Shown piece by piece: positions 30,821-40,972 of a stretch of DNA of 64,000 nt (position 1 is its first letter; every line of letters starts with the position of its first letter). The stretch is from the NCBI GenBank assembly GCA_963812605.1, contig CAWEWF010000006.1, positions 256,001 to 320,000 of the forward strand. Reading direction: 5' to 3'. The position numbers and the translations under genes were made by a program. Under the pieces are notes generated by a model, which saw only the letters and a program-made list of their open reading frames with translations, had not been told where the DNA came from and did no database searches. The stretch comes from an uncultured Verrucomicrobiae bacterium (GTDB taxonomy: Bacteria; Verrucomicrobiota; Verrucomicrobiia; Palsa-1439).

Positions 30821-31735
30821 ATGTCCATTCGACCCGTCCACAAAGTCATCAAATCCAAGCCCACCATGGAAGGCGCGGGCGTTCACCTCCGCCGCGCGTT
30901 CGGCTTCGGCAATACCACCGACTTCGATCCCTTCCTGTTGTTGGATGATTTCCGCAACGACATCCCCGCCGATTACCTCGCTGGCTTCCCCTGGCATCCC
31001 CATCGTGGCATCGAAACCATCACCTACGTCCTCGCCGGCAACGTCGAGCATGCCGACAGCATCGGCAACCACGGTTCCATCGAAGCGGGCGACATCCAGT
31101 GGATGACCGCCGGCCGCGGCATCATCCACCAGGAAATGCCCAAGGGCGACCAGTCCGGCCGCATGCACGGCTTTCAGTTGTGGGCGAATTTGCCCTCCTC
31201 GCTCAAGATGACCGCGCCCCATTACCAGGAGGTCAAAGCGCCCGAAATCGCCAGCGTCACCGAGGACGACGGCACGCAGGCCCGCATCATCTGCGGCACG
31301 TTCTGGGGGAAAAAAGGGCCTGTCACCGGCATCGCCGCCGACCCGATCTACCTCAACGTCACCGTCCCGCCCGGCAAACGCAAACGCCTGCCCGTCGACA
31401 CCTCCCGCAACGCCTTCGCCTACGTCTTCGCCGGCTCCGGGAAATTCTGCAACGCCTCCGGCCCCCTCGCCGTCCCCACCGAAAGCGTCAACTGGCTCGA
31501 CACCGCCCCGCCCGCCGAAGCCGACGACCGCAGCTTAATCCTCTTCGACAGCGGCGACGAAGTAGTAGTCCAAGCCGGCGACCAAGGCATCCGCTTTCTG
31601 TTGGTTTCCGGCAAACCCCTAAAAGAGCCGGTCGCCTGGTACGGCCCCATCGTCATGAACACCCAGGAACAACTCCGGAAGGCATTTGATCAATTAAACG
31701 AAGGGACCTTCTTCGAATCAGAGTCTCCGAAGTAG
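30821..31735 (+). CDS. pirin family protein
   Basis: HPHRGIETITY, QWMTAGRGIIHQE, GPIVMNT; AGGAG RBS. Confidence 0.93.
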   Translation: MSIRPVHKVIKSKPTMEGAGVHLRRAFGFGNTTDFDPFLLLDDFRNDIPADYLAGFPWHPHRGIETITYVLAGNVEHADSIGNHGSIEAGDIQWMTAGRGIIHQEMPKGDQSGRMHGFQLWANLPSSLKMTAPHYQEVKAPEIASVTEDDGTQARIICGTFWGKKGPVTGIAADPIYLNVTVPPGKRKRLPVDTSRNAFAYVFAGSGKFCNASGPLAVPTESVNWLDTAPPAEADDRSLILFDSGDEVVVQAGDQGIRFLLVSGKPLKEPVAWYGPIVMNTQEQLRKAFDQLNEGTFFESESPK

Positions 31736-32025
31736 AACGGGCGTCCCGCCCGTTTAGCCCAATCCGAGTTGAACAGGCGTCCCGCCTGTTTATCACTCAA
31801 TTCCCCGGTGGCACAGGCGTCCCTGCCTGTGTAGATCGGTTTCACCCTCCGGTCGTGCATTGTTCGCAGTCGGTAGGGCGCCGTGGCCCACTGCGCCGCT
31901 TCTTCCTCATTGGAGGGCCACGACTCCGAACGGGGCGGAGCCTGTCCTGAGCGAGCCGAAGGATCTGGCCGCATTGACCTACCACGCTCAAAAGCTGTCA
32001 TCCTGAGCTTGTCGAAGGATCTCCG
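31732..32025 (+). repeat. REP cluster downstream of pirin
   Basis: GTAGAACGGGCGTCCCGCCCGTT, GTTGAACAGGCGTCCCGCCTGTT, GGTGGCACAGGCGTCCCTGCCTGTG (31807-31831, exact reverse complement of 18711-18735), TGTCATCCTGAGC. Confidence 0.75.
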
Positions 32026-32071
32026 TCGTGTTCCCGTTAGAGACCCACAATCATCTTCCACGCTTGTCGCT

Positions 32072-32703
32072 TCAATGCGAACCCAACGGCTCTCTCGTGA
32101 GTGTCACAGCTTCATTGCTCCCTGAACTATTCTTCCGGACCGTCAGCATGACGCTCGTACCGGGAGCGCCTTGAACAGCTGAAACAAAATCCCAATCGGA
32201 GACTTGCGTGACATCTTTCCCATCAACCTGGAGTATAGAATCGCCAGGCATCAGGTTTGCCTTGGCTGCCGGTGAATTTGGGGGTAACTTCATCAATCAC
32301 GCGAAAGCCCCCATGGGACGTGTACTGGATTCCGATGAAACCCTCACGCGCCTCAAGCTCGTACCCGGAGCCGCCCTGTCGGGGACCTTCGTGCCTGTAG
32401 TAAACAAAATAAGATGTGCTCACGCCGCTGGAAAAATTTGTGATATGCAAGTCATCCCAGGAAGCGGATACTCACCATGCTCGCCTTTGTACGCTTTAAT
32501 CGCCTTCTCGATATCTGCTTCCGCCAACATAATTGGACGCCATCGTTTCTCGTTAAGCGCCTTGTCCTCTTCAGAGAGCTGGGGAATCGGTAAGATCGTT
32601 GGTAGACTACAAACCCGGCCACGCCACCGATAAGAACGCAAAGGAGAAGGAGAATGATAAGGGGGCTTCTCTGTCTGGTCATTGCCATGTCTCTCTGAAA
32701 CAA
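32072..32703 (-). CDS. membrane-anchored PDZ-domain protein, frameshifted
   Basis: N-terminal TM, then GFIGI and PNSPAAKANLMPGDSILQVDG PDZ motifs split over several frames. Confidence 0.55.
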
Positions 32704-33119
32704 GGGCTTGGCTGGCCCAAAGAAAGCGAGCGCGAATATGACGCCTTCAGTAGTTCGCCGGTCTCATCAAACACCCCAGTGTATGTCGTACCGACACACC
32801 AAGAGGCCAACAAGGGCGACCCGAGCGTTCTGACACACACGGCGATCAGGAACACGTAAAGAGCAGGCCGCCACAAAAAGAACATGCCCACCAACCCGAC
32901 GAGTGCCGCCAGCAGAACCCCGCCCTGCATGATGCCAATAGCAATCCTTGCTGGCTGACTGTAATCGGTTGTCGACTCCCTGCGTGCAGCTTTCTCTGCG
33001 CGCACTACAGATTCCGGAATCATTGGCTTTGTGACGTAATGCGACGTGATTGAACAGGCAACGAGTAGGCAATAAGCGACCAGCAACCACCGAAACTGAC
33101 CTTTGGTGAGCGGTTTCAA
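32679..33119 (-). CDS. hypothetical membrane protein
   Basis: 146-aa ORF with hydrophobic segments, AGGAG RBS. Confidence 0.55.
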   Translation of the reverse strand: MKPLTKGQFRWLLVAYCLLVACSITSHYVTKPMIPESVVRAEKAARRESTTDYSQPARIAIGIMQGGVLLAALVGLVGMFFLWRPALYVFLIAVCVRTLGSPLLASWCVGTTYTGVFDETGELLKASYSRSLSLGQPSPCFRETWQ

Positions 33120-33278
33120 TGACTCCTTAGTCTAAGTTCTTAATCGTCGGGCTAACGCTTCAACAATTTACCGCATGGTTCTGGCCGCTCGCCTATGTCC
33201 AAACAGAAGCTCACACCACATCCTATCACACGCGTACCTGGCGCTCACTGTCTCCCACAACTCTCGATCCCCAAGAAC

Positions 33279-33347
33279 CGCCTACTTCACGTCTTTGATG
33301 GCCGCCTTCACCTTCGCCACCAATTCGGGAGGAATGCCCTTGAACCC
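33279..33347 (-). repeat. duplicated 3' end of DUF1059 gene
   Basis: 65/69 identity to 33906-33974. Confidence 0.92.
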
Positions 33348-33358
33348 TTGCGCTGCCC

Positions 33359-33769
33359 CTACATCTTCTTCTCGCAATTAATCATCCACGGCGTGCCGAA
33401 TTTATCGACGAACATCGCGAACCGTTGCGCCCAGAATGTCTCCTGCAGCTCCATGCAGATTTCGGCCTTGTCCGACAGGCCTTGGTAAATCCGTTCGGCT
33501 TCCGCGGGAGTATCCACGCCAACCGACACCGAGAATCCCTGCGGCTTCTCAAACCGGTCCGGCGGCGCGTCCGAACCCATGAGCACCTGATCGCCCACGA
33601 CCAGGCGCTCGTGGATAATCTTGTTCTGCCAGTCGGGCGCCGTCTGTTTCGACGCGGGCGATTCGCCGTACGTCATCTTCATCGCGATCTTGCCTCCCAG
33701 GCATTTTGTATAAAAATCAAACGCCTCGGCGCATTGTCCCTGGAACATGACATAAGCATTCAATTTCAT
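33359..33769 (-). CDS. VOC family (PhnB-like) protein
   Basis: GQCAEAFDFY, LMGSD, TFWAQRFAMFVDKFGTPWMIN. Confidence 0.9.
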   Translation of the reverse strand: MKLNAYVMFQGQCAEAFDFYTKCLGGKIAMKMTYGESPASKQTAPDWQNKIIHERLVVGDQVLMGSDAPPDRFEKPQGFSVSVGVDTPAEAERIYQGLSDKAEICMELQETFWAQRFAMFVDKFGTPWMINCEKKM

Positions 33770-33908
33770 CGTGGTCTCCTTTGGATGGGAATGATGGTGA
33801 ATTTCGGTTGTCTGAGTCGCGTGTGCTCCGAAACAAAATTACACCACACACGCTGAACGCGCAATTGACGTTCACAATCACCGAGAGAGGTCGACCTGCC
33901 GGAAACGC

Positions 33909-34088
33909 CTACTTCACGTCTTTGATGGCGGCCTTCACCTTCGCCACCAATTCGGGCGGGATGTCCTTGAACCCGTGCGCCGTCCGCGCGTGTTCCTGCA
34001 ACTTCTTCATCAATTCCGCCTCGGTCTCCGCGCGCGCCTCAAAATCGCACGCCACGCCAACATCCGAACATTTCATGCTCTTCGCCAT
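33909..34088 (-). CDS. DUF1059 domain small protein (59 aa)
   Basis: Manual translation MAKSMKCSDVGVACDFEARAETEAELMKKLQEHARTAHG...; GGAGG RBS. Confidence 0.85.
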   Translation of the reverse strand: MAKSMKCSDVGVACDFEARAETEAELMKKLQEHARTAHGFKDIPPELVAKVKAAIKDVK

Positions 34089-34307
34089 GACTGCCTCCGG
34101 GTGGTTGATCGTTGCCCCAGAGTCTGCCCCGAACGCCGCCGACCTTCAACAAAGAAATGACCGTTTCGCAGAAACGGCCTACAGTACGTCTGTCATGAGT
34201 GGTTGTATCAAGATGCGCCCTCCGTGTCTCTGTGGTGAACTTCCTCCGTCGCCCTCGTTGAGCGTTGAGCGTTCAGCGTTGAATGTTAAACGTTCGTTCC
34301 GTCCCGG

Positions 34308-36398
34308 TTACTGCCGACCTTGCAGCCGCACGAGGGCGTTGCTCGCCGCGGTAAAATCCGGTTGAAGTTGGAGGACCCGTTTGTATTGTTCGATCGCTTC
34401 CGGCATCCTGCCCTGCTGTTCCAAGGCGGTCCCCAGACTGTAGTGCGCCTGAATATCGTCCGGTTGAATCCGCAATACCTGCTCCCAGTGCGCCATCGCC
34501 TCCGGCATCCGCCCCAGACCGGCCAGGACCAGGCCAAGATTGTAATGGGCCTCGGCGTACTCGGGATCGAGACGCAACGCCTCCTCGTAATGCGGAATCG
34601 CCTCTGACGCCCGGTTCTCCAACGCCAGAGCGTTTCCAAAACCCCATTGCGCCGGGGCATACTCGGGATCGACCCGCAATGCTTTTTCTAGCGCTCAATC
34701 GCTTCCGGCGCCCGGTTCTGCATCAGGAAGCATTCCGAAATAGAAGTATGTCCCCGCATAATCGGGATTGATCCGCAACGCTTCCTGGAAATGCCCCATC
34801 GCCTCGGGCACCCGACCCTGTCGCAAAAGCGCGCTCCCGAACCCGAGGTGCGCCTCCAGATAATCCGGCCGGATCCCAGCGCTTCTACATACTCCCCGTC
34901 CGCATTTTCCGTCTGGCCAAGCCTGGCAAGCACCGTTGCCAGATTGAAATGCACTTCCGCGTTGCCGGGATCGATCTGCAAGGCCCGTTCATACTGCCGG
35001 ACCGCGGCTTCAAAGCCGCCCAATTGCGACATCACCAGGCCCAGCGCGTTGTGCGCTGCGCGCTGCCCTGGCGCGATCTTCACATATCGTTCCGCGCAAT
35101 CGAGCGCCTCCCGCCCCGGCCTTGATCCACCAATGACATCACCACCAACCCATTCGGCAGTTCCCAGTCGGGAAACTCCGCCAGCACGGCCCGCCAGAGT
35201 GTTTCGTCGTCGTGCCAAACCAGGATCATCCGGTGGGTGAGCCGTCCGAAACCGCACACGGCGACCACCAGCAGCCCGACCAACGCCGCGCGCGCGCCGT
35301 TCGCCGAATGCCGCCACAACCACACCGCCGCTCCTCCCGCCAACAACAGCAGCGGTAGCATCGCCTGATACGCATAGCGCGGGGCCATGGCCTGCGAACC
35401 GCCCTGCATTGGCCCGGACACGGGAAGAATCATCATGGCGTACGCCGCGCAGCCCACCACCAGCGCCGGCGTCTGACGCCAACGCCACACCGCCACGAAA
35501 GCGATGGTCCCGACGCTGAGCACTGATAGCAAAATCGGCCATTGCTCAAGGGAAAGTCCCGACGGCAACGGATAGAATGGCGACAGGTGCGCCGCCAGAG
35601 AAGCTTCGCCGGTAAAACGCCAGGTTCTCGAACATCAACAGCACGCGTTGTGTCGCCGGTAACGCTTTCATCGGTACCATCGGGCCGTAAACCGCCAGCC
35701 GGTGATCATCGTCGCCGCCACCACCAGGATTCCCAGCCCGAGCAACGGGATTTTCTCAATCAACAGTTGGCGCCAACCAGCCTCCTGGTGCCGCCGCAGC
35801 GGAAAGTAATCAATCGCCAGCATCGTCAGCGGCAGCGACACCGCAATCGGCTGGCTCACCACCGCCCCGGCATACAGCGCCCACACCAGCCACCGCCGCG
35901 CGCCCGCCACATACGCCCAGACACTGCCGATGCCGAACGTCGCGCATAACAAATGCGTGCGCCCGGAATCCACGCCACCGTCTCCACTTGCAACGGATGA
36001 ACCGCGAACACGACAGAGACACCGCACGCTGTCGCCAGCCGCTCGCCCGTTGTCAACGAGGTCGCGCCCAATAGCGTCCACGCCAGTCCGAACACAAGTA
36101 CAGCGTTGACCGCATGCAAAACCACGTTGGTCAGATGATGCCCGGCCGCCTTCTTCCGCCAAAGCTGGTAGTCAAGCGACCGTGAAAGGCGCGCCAACGG
36201 TTGGTAGTATGGTTGCGCGGATGTGAACGCCCAGTGCACGGCTCCCCAGCTAAGACCGTCCCACCGGATCGCTTGATGCAGATTTTCCCAGTCGTCTCCC
36301 CGGAGAAATTCGCCATCAAGGCTCGGGCGGTACAGGCAGAAAGTGGCCGCAAATATCACCAGCCCCAATCCAAGCAACCTCGTGCGGCTTTCGTTCAT
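34308..36398 (-). CDS. TMTC-like membrane glycosyltransferase with C-terminal TPRs (multiple frameshifts)
   Basis: GDD, YYQPL, HLTNVVLH, HPLQVETVAW, RYAY, WHDDETLW and TPR repeats spread over several frames. Confidence 0.75.
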
Positions 36399-36539
36399 GC
36401 AAATCAGGAAGGCTGGCTTCCCGTAACGCTCTCCTCCTTGTTCGAAGCCGCGCCAGTGTAAAGGCGCGAAAACAATTCGGCAAGCCGCGATTGCAAAACA
36501 CCGCCCTCGTTGAGCGGCCTGCCCCGAATTCTTTTCGGG

Positions 36540-36611
36540 GTTGAGCGTTCAGCGTTGGATGTTGAACGTTTACTTCTTTGCAGTTCCGCTACGGTTCCGC
36601 AACCAACACGC
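36540..36611 (-). repeat. duplicated 3' end and trailer of the prepilin-type gene
   Basis: 69/72 identity to 37405-37476. Confidence 0.92.
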
Positions 36612-36633
36612 GGCTGCGTGTCCGTTTGCACGT

Positions 36634-36867
36634 TCAATGCGCCCGGCGCAGTGGCCCCTTCGCCGCTTGAATCAAAGTCCGCAAAGCCGCATTGACCGAT
36701 TGCTCGTCCGAAAAATACTCGGCCACGTCCGGTGACAGAAGCACGAGATTCGTCCCCGCTCGATAACGCGTGATATATTTACCGCGTGTGCCCCCCTTCA
36801 ACGTCGACAAGTCATACTCGGGCCTTAGTTCGACCCGCCTCCGCCTTTTCTCACTTGTTTTCTTCAT
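36634..36867 (-). CDS. BrnA-like antitoxin family protein
   Basis: ELRPEYDLS..GGTRGKY...LSPDVAEYF..SVNAALRTLI. Confidence 0.72.
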   Translation of the reverse strand: MKKTSEKRRRRVELRPEYDLSTLKGGTRGKYITRYRAGTNLVLLSPDVAEYFSDEQSVNAALRTLIQAAKGPLRRAH

Positions 36868-36957
36868 TTGGAATCAGGTCTCAACCTCAAACCTTACGCG
36901 CCTTCCCCACTTGTCCAATCACTCCCACCCTATCACGCCATGCACACTTTGCCGCCC

Positions 36958-37283
36958 TCATTGAATCTCCAGCGATACGATCTTGTCGTTTTCGAGCGTG
37001 AACGTGTAATCGAGCTCGACCTGATCCCGGGGAAGTTGCCGGTCAACCGGGCGCGAAGTCTCACGATGTTCCCGTCCACCGCAACATCGAGAGGTTCCGC
37101 AATATACCGGTACTTCGCGTCCGTTTCCCGCTTCCAGGACGTTATCGCATCGAGCCCACGATAGTCGCGGTCTTCGTCATGCACCAGCGCGTCGTCCGCA
37201 AAGCAAAGAGCCAGCATGTCCACATCCCTGGCTTTCACCGCCGCCAGGTAGGTGGCGACCGGCCCGGGCAGATTTAATGGCAT
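36958..37283 (-). CDS. SnoaL/NTF2-like protein (frameshift ~37025)
   Basis: CFADDALVHDE, GNFPG then VELDYTFTLENDKIVSLEIQ* in the shifted frame. Confidence 0.78.
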
Positions 37284-37453
37284 CGCCTTGTCCTTGTAGA
37301 TCGCACAGGATGGAATTTAGTAGCATCCTCACGTCCTCGCAAGTACGCGCATCACTTCATTTCCGTTCGCCCTTTCCGCCTTCCGCTTTCCGCTCTCCTT
37401 GGACGTTGAGCGTTCAGCGCTGGATGTTGAACGTTTACTTCTTTGCAGTTCCG

Positions 37454-38077
37454 CTACGGCTCCGCCACCAACACGCTGTCATTGGGATCGTCATTCGTGC
37501 CCGCCGCCGACGGCAGACTGTTCTCCCAAGCCACATGCCCGTCATTGAAAAGCACATGCCCGCCGGCATCCTTGTGGGGCGCGGTAGGGGAGACGCTGGT
37601 TGACCATTTCGCGCCTTTCGTGTACCCCGCCGCGGTCACGGACTTGCCCATCCGATCCATCGCGATGATCGAATCCGGCTGGTCCTCCCAGACCAGGCCA
37701 ACCGAATACGAATAGCTGATCGCCATGCTGGACGCCGAATTCGTCAGCGGATAACTGGCCTGCATCTTCGCCGCGCTGTCACTCGGGCACGTGAAAATCT
37801 TCGCCGAAGTGATTACATTGCTCAACAGATTGAACGAGCCCGCCAACGTGGGGCCGCTGGCGAGGTCTTGGGGCATCCGACCGTTGTAACCGTCCGCGTA
37901 CATCGCGATGCCCAGGCCGATTTGCTTGAGGTTGTTCAGGCAGGCCGCCCGATGCGCCTTTTCGCGGGCCGCGCCGAGCGCGGGCAGCAGCATCGCCGCC
38001 AGAATCCCAATGATCGCGATGACCACCAACAGTTCGATGAGGGTGAACCCGGCGCTGTCTCTCGTGGAACGTTTCAT
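37454..38077 (-). CDS. prepilin-type N-terminal cleavage/methylation protein with H-X9-DG domain
   Basis: [53 protein letters not shown]. Confidence 0.9.
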   Translation of the reverse strand: MKRSTRDSAGFTLIELLVVIAIIGILAAMLLPALGAAREKAHRAACLNNLKQIGLGIAMYADGYNGRMPQDLASGPTLAGSFNLLSNVITSAKIFTCPSDSAAKMQASYPLTNSASSMAISYSYSVGLVWEDQPDSIIAMDRMGKSVTAAGYTKGAKWSTSVSPTAPHKDAGGHVLFNDGHVAWENSLPSAAGTNDDPNDSVLVAEP

Positions 38078-38213
38078 AGCTCGGTCCTCCGTACGGTTGT
38101 TCGAGGACTGCATGCCCGCGCCTGCGTAACCTTACGCCGCCATACCTCGCGAAGCACGTAAACACCCTGTAAAATAGCGCGTGTGGATGAGCAGAACCCA
38201 TCTCATAAATAGT

Positions 38214-38400
38214 GGTGGGACAGGCCTCTGTGCCTGTCAAAACCTATTGCCACAGGCCCCGAAAGCTTTCGGGGTGCCACCAAAGGTTTATGGGACTAGT
38301 GGTGCGACACGCTTCATTTGCAGGGTCGTTGGTAGGGACGGCTCGCCGAGCCGTCCGCGATTCCGCGCTGGCGCGGCGCGGTGGGCCACCGCGCTCCACC
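38214..38400 (+). repeat. REP cluster
   Basis: GGTGGGACAGGCCTCTGTGCCTGTC, CCCCGAAAGCTTTCGGGG, GGTAGGGACGGCTCGCCGAGCCGTCC. Confidence 0.65.
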
Positions 38401-38462
38401 CATCGAATGAACTGTGTCGCATCACTAGTTCTCGTGCGCAGCCGCCTATTTCCCGCACGAAA

Positions 38463-39914
38463 TCAAGGCGTGATGTCGAACCGGTAGAAGCCTTGCGGAG
38501 CGAGGGCGGCGCCGAAGTTGGTCACAGTCAGCAATGCGCCGAGGCTGTTGCTCACACAGGCATCGGCGATGTTCGACCAATTGCCGGAGGTGAGATCGGT
38601 AGTGTACTGCAACTGGTACATTTCGCCGGCGACTGATGGGACCGCGACGACGATATTGCTGTCCGCCATGCTGAGGCTGCTGATTTGATTCGCCGGAGGA
38701 TTGAGCGGGACACAGAGCTTGAAGATAGTGCCGTAAGCGCCACCATCATTCGTTCCGCCAAGACTCGTAGTCCCATAAAAAGCACCGTCGCTACCCTGAA
38801 CCAGTCCTCCAATAGGGTCAAAGCCGTCCGGGGACGGGAAGCTGGATAAACTGCCAAATTGCCATAACGGAGTCAGCGTGCCGGTCGAGGTGATCTTGAA
38901 GGCGGTTCCAAAAGAATGAAACTGGTCTGTCCCGCCGCTGGAAGCGGTCTCATAGAAACTGCCATCGCTACCAAGAACCAATGCTGCATATGGACGGACG
39001 CCATCTGCGACGTTTGACAAGCTGCCAAATTGCCATAGCGGCGTCAGTGTGCCGGTTGGAGTAATCTTATAAACAGTACCGCCTGCATAACTGCCTCCGC
39101 CATAGGTTGTCCCATAGAAAAGGCCATCACGTCCCTGAACCAATGCTGCAAATGGTGAGGCGCCATCCATGCCACCCGTAAATTGCCAAATGTTGGTTAG
39201 CACGCCTGCTGGGGTGATCTGAAACACGGTGCCGTGGTTGAACGTACCGCCATGGGCGGCTGTCCCGTAGAAATTACCATCGCTTCCTTGAATAAGAGGC
39301 GCGTCCGGATCAGTCCCATCCCCGGTGAAATTGCCAAACGAATAGAGAGTTGTCAGGCTGCCATCGGGAGTGATCCGAAACACCGTGCCGTGATTGTTCA
39401 ACCGTTCCCCAATTGTTGTGCCGTAGAAATTGCCATCGCTTCCTTGAATTAACCCATTCGGTCCTCCACCGTCTGCGTCATTCGACAAACTGCCAAACTG
39501 CCACAACGGTGTCAGCGTGCCGGCGGATGTGATTTTATAGGCAGTGCCGTAAAAGCGGTTTGTCCCGCCGAAGGCGGTCGTTCCGTAGAAATCGCCATCA
39601 CGACCTTGGACCAGCCCCGAGGAGAGGACGTTGCCGTCTGCATCGTTGGATAAACTGCCAAAGTGCCAGAGGGTGGTCAGCGTGCCCTGCGGGGTGATTT
39701 TGAATACCGTACAATTGACTTGGTTAGTGCAACCACTGGTCCCATAAAAATTGCCGTCGCGGCCCTGGATCAGCGTCACCCCGGGGTTGCCACCGTCCGC
39801 GTCGTTCGACAAACTGCCGAACTGCCAGAGCGGCGTGAACGTTTGGCCGCTGGCATTTCTCCCCCAACAAGCGAAGAGCAATGACATCAAGACAAAAAGT
39901 CCCGGCCGCTTCAT
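38463..39914 (-). CDS. exported choice-of-anchor tandem-repeat (GloVer-type) protein
   Basis: Signal peptide; about 7 repeats LxQGxDGNFYGT..GG..GTVFKITPxGTLT. Confidence 0.85.
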   Translation of the reverse strand: MKRPGLFVLMSLLFACWGRNASGQTFTPLWQFGSLSNDADGGNPGVTLIQGRDGNFYGTSGCTNQVNCTVFKITPQGTLTTLWHFGSLSNDADGNVLSSGLVQGRDGDFYGTTAFGGTNRFYGTAYKITSAGTLTPLWQFGSLSNDADGGGPNGLIQGSDGNFYGTTIGERLNNHGTVFRITPDGSLTTLYSFGNFTGDGTDPDAPLIQGSDGNFYGTAAHGGTFNHGTVFQITPAGVLTNIWQFTGGMDGASPFAALVQGRDGLFYGTTYGGGSYAGGTVYKITPTGTLTPLWQFGSLSNVADGVRPYAALVLGSDGSFYETASSGGTDQFHSFGTAFKITSTGTLTPLWQFGSLSSFPSPDGFDPIGGLVQGSDGAFYGTTSLGGTNDGGAYGTIFKLCVPLNPPANQISSLSMADSNIVVAVPSVAGEMYQLQYTTDLTSGNWSNIADACVSNSLGALLTVTNFGAALAPQGFYRFDITP

Positions 39915-40163
39915 ATGGACACCACCTCCTTGGTGGCGAGTATCCACCACATAGTATGGCAGTCAAGCGCGAATACCGTGCCGCCTACTTCGTGCTCTTC
40001 CTGCACTTCGTGGTGAATCCGATCGCATGTACCAAGCTCTGCGCTGTCTGCGCGCTAAAGAAATAATCCTAGCCCACGTTAGGTCAATTCCCCCATAGCG
40101 AAAGTCAGTCCCCGGCGTTACGTTTGATGCAGGAAAACAATGCCAACATAAGGAGCGTTGGTT

Positions 40164-40508
40164 ATGAAACGAAATATCACATTGGCAATGTGCGCGATAT
40201 TGGTCGTCGCCACGCTAACACTGGCAATTCGGGTTTCGGCGGACAACCCGCCTCCCACGCCGGGCATGCCCATCTACAGCGGCGTACTCCGCGCTTTGGA
40301 TCTGCAGGGGCGGACGATTGTAGTCGACGGCTCCGCCGTCCCGCAAAGGTTTGTCGTTCCGAACGATGCCGAAATCATCGTAAAAGATAAAGCCACCGGC
40401 GCGCTCGGCGATCTCGCCGTGGGCAATGGAGTCCAGGTCAAGTACACGAACGAAGGCGGCGTTCTCGTAGCGCACCAAATCTCCGTCCTCGGCCTCAAAG
40501 CTCCGTAA
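40164..40508 (+). CDS. small exported OB-fold-like protein
   Basis: Signal peptide, DLAVGNGVQVKY; AGGAG RBS. Confidence 0.6.
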   Translation: MKRNITLAMCAILVVATLTLAIRVSADNPPPTPGMPIYSGVLRALDLQGRTIVVDGSAVPQRFVVPNDAEIIVKDKATGALGDLAVGNGVQVKYTNEGGVLVAHQISVLGLKAP

Positions 40509-40550
40509 TACCGGGCATCTCAGTCGCTGTCGCGCTGATTGCTACGGCGT

Positions 40551-40889
40551 TTAGTGCACGCTTACCAAATGCACCTTCGCGCTCGAGAGCCAAGCGAAAC
40601 CCCACAAGAACGTCAAAACGACGGAAACAATTGACCAGCGGGGCAGATGTTTATCGCGGACGGAGCCCGAATTTCTCAATATGGCAACGACCGCAAGAAT
40701 GCCCGCGACCGAGGAAACAACCAGAAACAATCCCGTAAGGTTAAAAAGAAATACTTCCATACGATGCGCAGCCCATGAGATTTGATACGGCAATCCCCAG
40801 ATAATCAGCCCTCCCAATACAGAGCCAACAAGCATTCCATTCTGAAACAAAAGAAAAGCGTGGGAGCGAACTCTAATTGGAATTCTCAT
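40551..40889 (-). CDS. hypothetical membrane protein
   Basis: 112 aa with three hydrophobic segments, lower GC. Confidence 0.5.
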   Translation of the reverse strand: MRIPIRVRSHAFLLFQNGMLVGSVLGGLIIWGLPYQISWAAHRMEVFLFNLTGLFLVVSSVAGILAVVAILRNSGSVRDKHLPRWSIVSVVLTFLWGFAWLSSAKVHLVSVH

Positions 40890-40972
40890 TGCTATAACAA
40901 CGCTTACCTCTGCAGCACAGTTCGACGTTGAGCGTTTAGCGTTGAAAGTCGAACGTTAAGGAGTTATCCGGA

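Noticed and set aside
32030-33170. Integron-type attC cassettes around the low-GC PDZ and membrane genes
   Set aside because: Only isolated GTTAG/CTAAC words are present; no paired R/L boxes and no intI gene were seen.
38463-39914. DNA-level repeats in the GloVer-type gene as a novel array
   Set aside because: Fully explained by a known tandem protein repeat.
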